This document shows positions 33,676-42,182 of a stretch of DNA of 64,000 nt, piece by piece. The position numbers and the translations under genes are program-made. Below the pieces are notes generated by a model. That model did no database searches and was not told the origin of the DNA. It saw nothing but the letters and a program-made list of their open reading frames with translations. The DNA comes from Alphaproteobacteria bacterium (lineage in GTDB: Bacteria; Pseudomonadota; Alphaproteobacteria; Bin95), in contig OZ244041.1 of NCBI GenBank assembly GCA_965215305.1, positions 2,376,653-2,440,652 on the forward strand, written 5' to 3'. Every line of letters begins with the position of its first letter. Position 1 is the stretch's first letter.

Positions 33676-34065
33676 GTGGGCGGCATTGTGCAGGCAACGC
33701 CGACCGTGCGCGTCGATGCGATGGTCGGCGCCACCCACGAATGCCCTCGTTCGCCATTGTGGCGCAACTCCGGGCGTTGGGTACGTCTCGGCGCTTCCGT
33801 CGATTTGCCACGCGGCTTCACCGTCAGCGTCAACGGAGAATTACTCTGGACGCGCTACAAGGGCAGTTGGGGTCCATTCACGCCCGACGGGTCCGCACGA
33901 AAGGATCGGACCCGCTTTCTCCGGGCTTCGGTGTTCAACCGCGGCTTTACAGTGTTCGGCTTCAGTCCCAAACTCGTTCTGATCAACGAGATTCGTACTT
34001 CCAATGCACAGTTGTATGACTACCGCAGAAATCGCGCCGAGTTGCAGTTCGTGAGGCAGTTCTGA
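33676..34065 (+). pseudogene. C-terminal stump of a DUF560 / Slam-type outer-membrane beta-barrel
   Basis: Last ~90 aa (RKDRTRFLRASVFNRGFTVFGFSPKLVLINEIRTSNAQLYDYRRNRAELQFVRQF) match the conserved DUF560 C-terminus as recalled; no N-terminal TPR or rest of barrel upstream. Confidence 0.55.
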
Positions 34066-34079
34066 GATTGAACATGCAG

Positions 34080-34640
34080 TCAATTGTCGAGCCATTCCTT
34101 TACACGATCGGCGAATTCCTGCGCAGCATCTTCCACCATGTCATTAGTTCCCGCATCGATCACATTCTTCGTGATTTCTACCAGAAAGCCGATGTTTCCG
34201 GAGAACGAAACGTCCTTCTCCTGTTCTCGGAAATGTCTCTCGGCAATAGTCCGCTGTGTCGAAGAATCCACGATTTGCACCCGTGCGCCGACATAGCTCC
34301 GGTTGCCCAGGATCGCTCTTCCGGCACCGCTTGCAATATTCATCTCGTCGACATGCACAAGCATCTGTACAGGGTTGCCGCCCGGAAACGAGACTACGAG
34401 AGTCCGGATCATGACATCTTCAAGGCGTTCCTTGAACTGGCTGGCAAACTCCTCGTCATCGAGGTCGTCAACCCTTTCAAACAAGCCGGTGAATGCGCCT
34501 TCTTCGATTGTAACCTCGACTTTCGCGAGCGAATGGCCGCGAACCTGATCCTTCACCCCCATCTTGCCGGTAGCAACACATCCGGCCAGAAGGACCCCGA
34601 ATAGCGACAAGGCTACTCCCGTACGCAGGAGTCTCAACAT
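34080..34640 (-). CDS. putative lipoprotein, unknown function
   Basis: Lipobox LLAGC at aa 17-21, SD AGGAG upstream; 186 aa; loose DUF4410-like pattern (MNIASGAGRAILGN...ARVQIVD); AT-richer than flanks. Confidence 0.7.
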   Translation of the reverse strand: MLRLLRTGVALSLFGVLLAGCVATGKMGVKDQVRGHSLAKVEVTIEEGAFTGLFERVDDLDDEEFASQFKERLEDVMIRTLVVSFPGGNPVQMLVHVDEMNIASGAGRAILGNRSYVGARVQIVDSSTQRTIAERHFREQEKDVSFSGNIGFLVEITKNVIDAGTNDMVEDAAQEFADRVKEWLDN

Positions 34641-35150
34641 GCTTCAATCTCCTGTTCGTTCCGATGCGCTAACGGCAACCGCGACCCCGCGATGATCTCC
34701 GCCAGAGCCCACCGGCAGGTTTCACCAGACCGAGGACGCGAATGCGAGGAAGAGCATGGTTCCCCGATCGACGCAGATTGTACCCGCCGAAACGGGCGAA
34801 TGGGACCGTCTGCGTCGGGGTCCCGTCGCGACAAGACCGGAGTAGGTGAGGATGTCCACCCCGATCGCAGCGCGTCGGGCCACGGACTCGCCTGACGCGT
34901 GTCCGGTCGCCCGGCCCAGTCTCCTCAATGTGATCGTCTCGACCGTGGTTTCCCGCGATCGACGCCAAGCTTCTACATTGCAGCTCGTGAATCGATCACG
35001 CTAGCCAGCCAACCTGCGACCCACATGCACACCGGCAGCCAGGACTCGGCATTTACAGGTGGGCAGGTCTGTACCTTGTCGGTAGCCGACCGGGCGAGAA
35101 TGAGCGACAATTGACTGACCGAAACAGGCCTCGAAGAGGATCGATCGGAC

Positions 35151-36209
35151 ATGTTCAACTCGCATTCGAAATGTTGCCGCGACACGGCATGGCGGTCGGT
35201 CGGTCTTCTAGCTGTCACCGGCCCGCCGATTTTGTTCGCCCTGTCCGGATGCCTCGCTGATGACGCCTACCTCGCGCGCGGTGGCTCGCGCGCCGTCATG
35301 CCGGCCGCGACGCCGCCGAGTGAGGTCTCGGCTTCGGCGCGGACGCCCATTTCGATTGCCCGATCCTCCCCGAAGACCGAAACACCATCGATTCGGAAGA
35401 TCGCCAACAAGGCTCACGACAGGAGATTCTTCATCGCGATTGGCAGAGTCGTACTAAAAAACCACGCGGGAGACGACTTCTTTTCCGACCCCGACATATT
35501 CGTCCAGGTGCAGCGGCGGGATCTGGATATTCTGCAGTCGATCCGCCTTGCGGAAGAACGGCTGTCGGCACTTGGAAAGCAGGGACGCGCGATCCAAGAG
35601 GAACTGGGGCCGCTCGTGGTGAAGAAGCGGAACAGCGAGATAACTCCGGGGGAACCGCTTTCTCAAACCCAGGTTCGACGACTGGCAGATCTCTCCCGCA
35701 GTCTGGGCAACAGGTGCGACGAAGGGGCGAAGCGGCCTGTGTGCAGGGATTGTGGACGCTACGACGAGCGGCCCAACTGCCGCGAGTGCCGGGATTGCGA
35801 CGAATTACGTTTCCTGCTGAAGTTGAAGTCCGCAAGCGAGGTCGAACCGGGTCCTCCCCTCAGCCACGCGGAGGAACAGAGGTTGCGCGATCTGAAAGAA
35901 ACCAGTGCGCGCACTTCCAAGGGCAAGCAAGCAGCGAACCGGGAGGTCCAACGCCTGCGGGATCGGATCACCGGGAAAACGCACACTATTACGACTCCGG
36001 GATTCACATTGGATTTCGGCTTCCAAGCCATTCAGGAAGTATTTCCCGAGGATGAATTATGGATAGCCGTATATGACGATGATCTCAATGAAGACGACCT
36101 GTACGGATCGATGGCATTGCGTATAGGCAGCGAACTGCTGTATGGCGGCGATGTGACGATTGCAATGCCGAATGTCCGATCTCTGGTCTTGCGGATCGTT
36201 TCCCGTTGA
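35151..36209 (+). CDS. putative lipoprotein with split C2-like motifs, internal repeats and Cys-rich insert
   Basis: Lipobox ALSGC (~aa 30-34); 352 aa; see finding; no family recognised with confidence. Confidence 0.6.
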   Translation: MFNSHSKCCRDTAWRSVGLLAVTGPPILFALSGCLADDAYLARGGSRAVMPAATPPSEVSASARTPISIARSSPKTETPSIRKIANKAHDRRFFIAIGRVVLKNHAGDDFFSDPDIFVQVQRRDLDILQSIRLAEERLSALGKQGRAIQEELGPLVVKKRNSEITPGEPLSQTQVRRLADLSRSLGNRCDEGAKRPVCRDCGRYDERPNCRECRDCDELRFLLKLKSASEVEPGPPLSHAEEQRLRDLKETSARTSKGKQAANREVQRLRDRITGKTHTITTPGFTLDFGFQAIQEVFPEDELWIAVYDDDLNEDDLYGSMALRIGSELLYGGDVTIAMPNVRSLVLRIVSR

Positions 36210-36291
36210 CTGCCCGGTTGAGCTCTTGTCGCATTTTCCGGATAACTCATGGGCCACACTGTCGGTACGGCGAAGTCGGTTGAAGCCGAAA

Positions 36292-37038
36292 ATGAATGAG
36301 ACGTACGCACCCGATTTACATTGCACTCGAGGCTTCGGGCGACTTACGATTCTCACGTCGGAATTCGTGGATCGTCCGAAGTCCAGCACGGTAAAGCATT
36401 TCACTCGTTTCTTCTCTTTGCTTTTCTCTATTTTGGCATTCGGAATATGCGATGTTCGCGCTCAGGAACCACATGTCATTATCCATCATGATGCCGCCTT
36501 GCGTGCTTGTCCAGATTCCGAGTGCCAGGTCGTCGCGCAGCTTCCGATACTCAGTCCGGTGTACGTCAAGAAGCAAAGAAGGCCGCCCAAACCTGAGTAT
36601 GGAAAAGGGCTCTGGACCTATGTGGAAACAACGCAAAGGAATCGTGCGTCAGGCTGGACCCTTGATGACCATATAGGATTTCCGGGTAGATTTCGCCCGG
36701 TTCGAAGCTGGGGAATCCGACAGTTTTCGTACTGCATGGGCGACTACTGTCCTGAGTTCGTGTTTACGGCGTCAGGTAAATTTACGGTAAGGTACCCTCC
36801 CTGTTTCGATGGAAATTGCCCGGACCCGCCCAGCAAGGCACCGTGTCACTCGGAGACGGACAAAAAGAAGACAATCGGCGGATCGGTCTTTTGTGTTTCA
36901 ATGGGCAAGCTGTACCGTGCTGGCGAAGCAATCCGCTTGGGCGGCTCCAATTCGCATGAGTTCATGTATTTCGATAGGCGGAACCAACTTTGCGTCGATA
37001 TGTACACCTGCCAAGCGTATCGAGAGAAGAAACCCTGA
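36292..37038 (+). CDS. putative secreted Cys-rich protein with SH3b-like N-domain
   Basis: Hydrophobic signal FFSLLFSILAFGICDVRAQ; SH3b-like ALRACPDSECQVVAQLPILSPVYVKKQ...WTYVETT...SGWTLDDHI; many Cys in C-half; start uncertain (36292 or an internal GTG). Confidence 0.55.
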   Translation: MNETYAPDLHCTRGFGRLTILTSEFVDRPKSSTVKHFTRFFSLLFSILAFGICDVRAQEPHVIIHHDAALRACPDSECQVVAQLPILSPVYVKKQRRPPKPEYGKGLWTYVETTQRNRASGWTLDDHIGFPGRFRPVRSWGIRQFSYCMGDYCPEFVFTASGKFTVRYPPCFDGNCPDPPSKAPCHSETDKKKTIGGSVFCVSMGKLYRAGEAIRLGGSNSHEFMYFDRRNQLCVDMYTCQAYREKKP

Positions 37039-37466
37039 CATCGTTCATGGGGCGGCAAACAAGCGGCCGGTTTCGTTTTCCGATTTCGCGAATACTCTGA
37101 GGCCGGCGGGAAGTTCGTTCGAGTTATAGCAGAGGCGGTTAGAGCAGTGGTGGCCAAAACGGAGATCCCAGGCGACTTCCTGCTGATTCCTCCCGACCGA
37201 AAGAGCCAGGGTGTGATGTGATGTGCATCTGCAACAACGTCCCCTATGCCGCGACGGTCGGCCTTGAGGTCGAAACGCACGGGAGGAATCTGGCCGGAAA
37301 TGCGGTGCGCTTCGCCTTGATGGGGTAGGGAGGGCTGGGCTGGGGTCAGATATCGACGACAAGCGCGTGTCGGTCTGGGTGCGGCGCCGGGTTCACCTTG
37401 TGCGGGAATGTTGAAGCCCCTTGGGCGGCCGGACCGGGCGCAAGGCCCGGCCCGGCGCGAACAGAC

Positions 37467-37952
37467 TCAACACGAGGTGTCGCAGTTCAAGATCACGCCG
37501 ACGGCCGAAAGCGGATACACGAGCGTCGCCGCAGCATTCCCATCGCCGCCCGATGCGTCGGAGAGTTTGATCCCGAACGTTTCGGACTTCTCGTCAAGCT
37601 CGGTATCGGTGCTCGTCTGGACGGTGATGGTGAGCTGGGTATCGTCGGGAAGGAAATACAGGTTTCCGGACGCAGCCGTATAATCCACCCCGGCCGTGGC
37701 CCGATTGTCGACACCTGTGGCGAAGGTCTGGTAATCGACGGACGCCTCGCCGTCACCGTTCTTGCGCACGACGAACGTCACAGCGGAACCCTCGTTCGCC
37801 GAATACGTCGTCTGGGAAAAGGACACCTCGGGCAACGCCGAGCTGTCGCTCCCGGCGAATGCGGGCAGCGCGGTGCCCCCTGCCAGCATGACGCCTGCAA
37901 GGATGGCGCGCCATGCGGTCCGTGCGGTTTTCCTGTTCGAATCCTGTCGCAT
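37467..37952 (-). CDS. secreted single Calx-beta domain protein
   Basis: Signal peptide ...GGTALPAFAGSD; Calx-beta pattern VSFSQTTYSANEGSAVTFVVRKNGDGEASVDY...AGVDYTAASGNLYF.PDDTQLTITV. Confidence 0.75.
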   Translation of the reverse strand: MRQDSNRKTARTAWRAILAGVMLAGGTALPAFAGSDSSALPEVSFSQTTYSANEGSAVTFVVRKNGDGEASVDYQTFATGVDNRATAGVDYTAASGNLYFLPDDTQLTITVQTSTDTELDEKSETFGIKLSDASGGDGNAAATLVYPLSAVGVILNCDTSC

Positions 37953-38155
37953 GGGTCTTTCCTCTTTCCTTGGCGCGGAGCCCGCGGGGGCCGGTGCGCC
38001 CTGAACGAGTGGAAAGGTAACGGCTGCGCCCCATAAAGGTCCAAGACCGTTTTACTATGATATGCATAAATTTTTCCTATCAGGTGGCGGTTCACCCTTT
38101 CGCCCGGCGCGGGCAGATATCGCTGCCCCGCCGCGCGATCGGTGACCGCCGTGCC

Positions 38156-39424
38156 TCACCAGCGCGCGTTGATTTCGAGCCCGAGGGCATGCTCCGGTGC
38201 GGCCGCGTCGCTTTCCCTTCGTGTTGCCCGGATGCCGAAGGAAAGGTCCGGCACATTGGCACTGGCCGCCGGCGTCAGACGCCACCCCAGGCTGTAGTCG
38301 CGCGCGCCGGTGGCCAGCCCCAGCCCCATATGCGGGCTGCCGGTGAAGCGGCCCGAGAAGGCCGGGAAGCCGTATGCCGCCTCGGCCCGCCAGCGGGCGG
38401 TGGCCGCGCCACTGCCGCCGCGCCGGTCGAGCGTCTCAGGCGTGAACAGCGCGTCGAGGCCACCTTTGGCCTGTCCGCCCCAGTCCTGGGCGAGCGTCAG
38501 CGACGGACCGCGCTTCGTCGCCGGGTCGGGATCGAAGGCGAGCGAGGCGGCAAAGCCCCGGTCCTCCAGATCGTCCGAGCCATGCGCGACCAGCGTGCGG
38601 CCCGACAGGTCGTCCAGCGCCTGCTCCGCCGCCGTGCGGCCGAACCGCGCCGGCCACGCCGCCGGCATCGGGTCGTTGTTCACGATCGTGCCCACCGCAA
38701 CACCGTCGCCGATCGCCGTGCCGCCCGTCGGCCGCGACAGCGCCACCTCGAAGGTCTCCGGGTCCTCGTCGTGATTGTCGTTGTAGACATAGACCCACAT
38801 CTTCTTCTCGGTCTGGCCCGGATGGAAGGTGAGCGCGAGGCCGTCCGGCCACCACCAGTAATAGTCCTCGCCATACCGGGCCGAGACCGGGCTCGACTCG
38901 CGCGCCGTGAGGGTCACCTTCACCGTCTGCTTCGCGGCCCGGTCGAGCCTCACCGTGAAATACATCAGCCCGACATCCTCGTTGGCGGTCTCGTCGCCGA
39001 CCGAGAAGGTCGGAGCCGTCGCCGCCGCATCGTCGTCGGTCACCTTCACCGAGGCCGCATCCTGCGGCGGCGCCGCCACCGTGTAGAGGAGCCCCTTCTC
39101 GCCGTCCCCGGCAAGGGTCGCCGTCACCGCCCCGTCGGGCTCGTCCGCCGTGTCGTTCACCGTCGCCACGATGAAGGTTGCCTCTGTCTCGCCCTTGCGC
39201 ATGGCCCGGCGACGTCCGCCAGGTCTCGGTCGCAGCCTTCCGGGCGTCGGCAAGCAGGGCGTCGGAGACGCAGGCCGGCGTCTGGCTGTCGGTACTCTCG
39301 GCACTGGCGCTCAGCGCGTCGCTGCCCGGCCCCACCGCCAGGGTTGCCGTGCCGGCGAGGCTCGCCAGCTGCTGTGTGTCGCCGTTCTTGTCGACATATT
39401 CCGGCGTGACCGTGACCGTCAAAG
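38156..39424 (-). pseudogene. Calx-beta passenger / autotransporter-type beta-barrel protein, 5'-truncated by IS21 end, frame-disrupted near 39.2 kb
   Basis: Two frames carry sensible sequence (39422->~39205 and ~39215->38156). Calx-beta segment FSVGDETANEDVGLMYFTVRLDRAAKQTVKVTL..GEDY. Linker AWPARFGRTAAEQALD. Barrel ends GLEINARW, but the barrel part is only ~170 aa. Confidence 0.65.
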
Positions 39425-39429
39425 TGCAA

Positions 39430-39513
39430 ATTCCTGGCGGACTTGACCGCGATTCCTACGGGACTTGACGGCGATTCCTACGGGATTTGACCGCGATTCC
39501 TGGCATTTGACCG
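39430..39513 (+). repeat. 3.8 tandem copies of a 22-bp unit (ATTCCT[GA][GC][CG]GGA[CT]TTGAC[CG]GCG), IS21-type terminal transposase-binding repeats
   Basis: Units start at 39430, 39452, 39474 and 39496 (last one shortened). Confidence 0.7.
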
Positions 39514-39644
39514 TTTTGATGCGAACCCCGGTTCTGGCCTGATTGGCTATCGCCGTTTGGCGGTCTTGAGGCCGTCCGAGGCGCTGGTTCTCTCCCACCC
39601 CTTCCTCATCGACCGTTTGAACGGATCGAGGAGGCAGGGGGTCG

Positions 39645-40353
39645 ATGAAGAGGACCGGCATGATGAAGATCAAGGATATCCTGAGGCACCGTTACGACTT
39701 CGGGCTGCCGCGCTCGCAGATCGCGGTCGCAACCGGGGTGAGCACGGGGACGGTCTCGCATGTGCTTGCCCGGGCTGAGGCGGCGGGTCTTTCCTGGCCG
39801 CTGCCCTCCGGGCTGGACGATGAGGCGCTTCGGGCGCGTCTCTATCGGCCGCAAGGTCCATGCCCGCGTCGGCGAGCGCACGGTCGAGCTCTTCCTCGAC
39901 AGGGGCGGCGAACGGATCGCCGTCCACCGCCTGAAGAGCGGGCGCAACCAGTATGCCACCGACCCCGGGCATATGCCCGACCGCCTGAACGCGGTGCGCG
40001 ACATCCGCGAGCCCGACTATGGCGACATCCTGCTCGCCCGCGCCCGCGGCATCGGGGCCAACGCGCTGACCTGGGCCGAACGCTGCTTCGCCTCGCGCGA
40101 CTTCCCCGAACAGGCCTTCGCCACCGTGCAGGGCATGATCCGGCTCGCCGACGACCACGGCGCCGACCGCCTCGACGCGCTCTGCGCCGTGGCCCTCGAC
40201 CTCAACCGCCTCTCCTCCCGCTTCCTCAGGGACCGCCTCAGAACCGGCGCCGAGCCGCACCGGCCCCGCCCGGAAGCCGACGAGATCATCCCCCGCCACG
40301 ACAATCTCCGCGGCGGCTCCTACTACAGCAAGGATCAAGGAACCACGTCATGA
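39645..40353 (+). pseudogene. istA: IS21 transposase IstA, DDE core deleted
   Basis: N-terminal HTH (MKIKDILRHRYDFGLPRSQIAVATGVSTGTVSHVL) to ~39850, then C-terminal region (ARVGERTVELFLDRGGERIAVHRL...HMPDRL...) in another frame; ~260 aa missing. Confidence 0.75.
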
Positions 40354-40638
40354 CCCTGCGCCAACCCAATATCGACCGCATGCTCCAGCTCGGCCTCACC
40401 GGCATGGCCGAGGCCCTGGAGGAACAGCGCGACATCGCCGATGTGGACCAGCTCGGCTTCGACGACCGCCTCGCCATGATCATCGAGCGCGAGGCCGAAC
40501 ACCGAGACCACAAGAGCTATCTCGGTCATCTGCGCCAGGCCCAGCTGCGCATCCGCGCCGATATCCGCGACGTCGACTGCCGCGCCGGGCGCGGCATCGC
40601 ACGCACCACGCTCACCCAGCTCGCCGCCGGCGACTGGA
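40350..40638 (+). pseudogene. istB: IS21 helper ATPase IstB, N-terminal ~96 aa only
   Basis: MTLRQPNIDRMLQLGLTGMAEALEEQ...DDRLAMIIEREAEHRD...LTQLAAGDW then homology ends before the Walker A motif; ATGA overlap with istA. Confidence 0.7.
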
Positions 40639-40641
40639 ACC

Positions 40642-41235
40642 GAGATCAAGTCGCGCGAGCTGGAACTGACGACCGACCGCGCGCAGAACCTCACCCACCG
40701 ACGCGACGCCTTCGAGCGGATGCGCGACGAGGCAGCCGAAGCCTACCGCACTCAGACCGGCAGCATGTGGCGGCCCCGGCGCGGATCGCATGCCTCGCAG
40801 ACCGGCACACTCACCTCCGCCGCCATCGACGCCCGCGATTTCGTCCGCGCGAGGAAGGACCGCAAGACCGTCGCGCACCTGCCGCAGGGAACCCTGGTCG
40901 CCATCACCGGCGGCAAGGACATCGCCAACCCCGCCGCGGTGATCGACCGGCTCGACAAGGCCCGCGCCAAGTATGCCGACATCGTCCTCGTGCATGGCGG
41001 CGGACCCGGCGTCGAGAAGATCGCGGCAAGCTGGGCCGAGCGCAACGGCGTCCACCAGGTCGTCTGCAAGCCGGACTGGAATCGCCACGGTCGCGCCGCC
41101 CCGTTCCGCCGCAATGACGAGCTGCTCAACCTGCTGCCGAAGGGCGTCATCGCGTTCCCCGGCTCCGGCATCACCGAGAACCTCGTCGACAAAGCGCGGC
41201 AGCTCGGCATCCCGGTGCTCCGCTGCTCAGCCTGA
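40642..41235 (+). pseudogene. DUF2493 (SLOG-like) ICE/plasmid protein, 5'-truncated
   Basis: In-frame homology starts abruptly at EIKSRELELTTDRAQNLTHRRDAFERMRDEAAE...; C-terminal core ITGGKD...IVLVHGGGPGVEKIAASWA...KPDWNRHGRAAPFRRND; internal ATG at 40720 could still allow expression. Confidence 0.7.
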
Positions 41236-41494
41236 TCCGCAACGCCTTGCGGGCCGCGTCGTCTCCGGGCGGCACGGCCCGTTTCCTCGTGCGCACATCG
41301 GTGGCGCAGCAACGCCATCCTCGCGCGCGCTTCGCGCGACGCTCGTGCTCCGACGCGGGCTGGCCGGCCCTGCGTCCACGTCTGTCTTTCCCCTTCTCCG
41401 TCCTTTGCGGCATCCACGCTGCGAAGGTCGGGAAGGGGTTGTTTGCGGTGAGTTGTAACGGCTCGCAATCAACCTCTTGCAGGGAGCAAGCACC

Positions 41495-41902
41495 ATGACC
41501 GGCCTCAATCGCGTCGACCTGATCGGCAATCTGGGCGGGGACCCCGAGTTCCGCACCATGCAGAGCGGCAGTGACGTCGCCAATTTCTCCATCGCCACCA
41601 GCGAGGTCTACAGGGACCGCCAGACCGGCGAATACAAGAAGTCCACAGAGTGGCACCGGATTGTCGTCTTCCAGGACGGCCTGGTCGCCATGCTGCGCAA
41701 GCACGCCGCGAAGAGCCGCCAGGTCCACATCACCGGCAAGCTGCGCACACGCAAATGGCAGGACCGTGCCGGCAATGACCGCCATACCACCGAGATCGTG
41801 GTGGGCCCGCGCGGCTCGATCAACTTCCTCGACCCCAGGCCGGAGCAGGACCGGTCGCCGGCGCCGCCCCCGGAAGCATACGAGACGGACCTCGCCGCCT
41901 GA
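41495..41902 (+). CDS. ssb: single-stranded DNA-binding protein (mobile-element type)
   Basis: MTGLNRVDLIGNLGGDPEFR...TEWHRIVVF...GKLRTRKWQD OB-fold signature; SD AGGGAG; 135 aa. Confidence 0.85.
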   Translation: MTGLNRVDLIGNLGGDPEFRTMQSGSDVANFSIATSEVYRDRQTGEYKKSTEWHRIVVFQDGLVAMLRKHAAKSRQVHITGKLRTRKWQDRAGNDRHTTEIVVGPRGSINFLDPRPEQDRSPAPPPEAYETDLAA

Positions 41903-41915
41903 GCGATTGTTCGCC

Positions 41916-41952
41916 AGCCCCGGAGCCTTCGGGTTCCGGGGCTTTTCTTTTT
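41916..41952 (+). terminator. rho-independent terminator after ssb
   Basis: 12-bp stem AGCCCCGGAGCC / GGTTCCGGGGCT (one G-U), loop TTCG, followed by TTTCTTTTT. Confidence 0.7.
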
Positions 41953-41969
41953 CTCGGCACCCGATACAG

Positions 41970-42003
41970 CGCCCCGGGGGTTTCGGCCCCCGGGGCGTTT
42001 CTC
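41970..42003 (+). terminator. second GC hairpin with short T tract (tandem terminator candidate)
   Basis: CGCCCCGGGGG-TTTCGG-CCCCCGGGGCG followed by TTTCTC. Confidence 0.45.
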
Positions 42004-42020
42004 ATGGCGCGCAGGCCAGG

Positions 42021-42154
42021 TCCACGGGCGCGCTCCATGGAATCCACGGGCGCTCCATCACGCGCGTGTCCAACTCCACGGGCGCGGTCCACGGAATCCA
42101 CGGCCGCTCCATGGCGCGCGGTCCAACTCCACGGGCGGTCCATGGAATCCACGG
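42021..42154 (+). repeat. array of 10 same-strand TCCA[CT]GG heptamers with ~53-bp higher-order unit
   Basis: Exact heptamers start at 42021, 42034, 42043, 42075, 42088, 42097, 42108, 42128, 42139, 42148; degenerate TCCA copies at 42054, 42069, 42122, 42170. Confidence 0.8.
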
Positions 42155-42182
42155 GCGCCGGGCGCGGCGTCCATTTCGGCGC

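Larger units (their letters stand above)
39425..40638 (+). mobile_element. IS21-family insertion sequence remnant (left end present, right end deleted)
   Basis: Terminal multi-repeat region followed by istA and istB fragments; no right inverted repeat; abuts truncated DUF2493 gene. Confidence 0.75.

Noticed and set aside
37424-37458. Hairpin GCCGGACCGGGC-GCAAG-GCCCGGCCCGGC downstream of the small Calx-beta gene as its terminator
   Set aside because: There is no U-tract on the minus-strand transcript side. It may be a structural element, but it does not fit an intrinsic terminator.
39645-41117. 490-aa ORF suggesting a large intact IS protein
   Set aside because: It is a read-through composite. 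The genuine IstA N-terminus is followed by out-of-frame sequence, the IstB N-terminal fragment, and out-of-frame DUF2493 DNA. The real homology switches frames.
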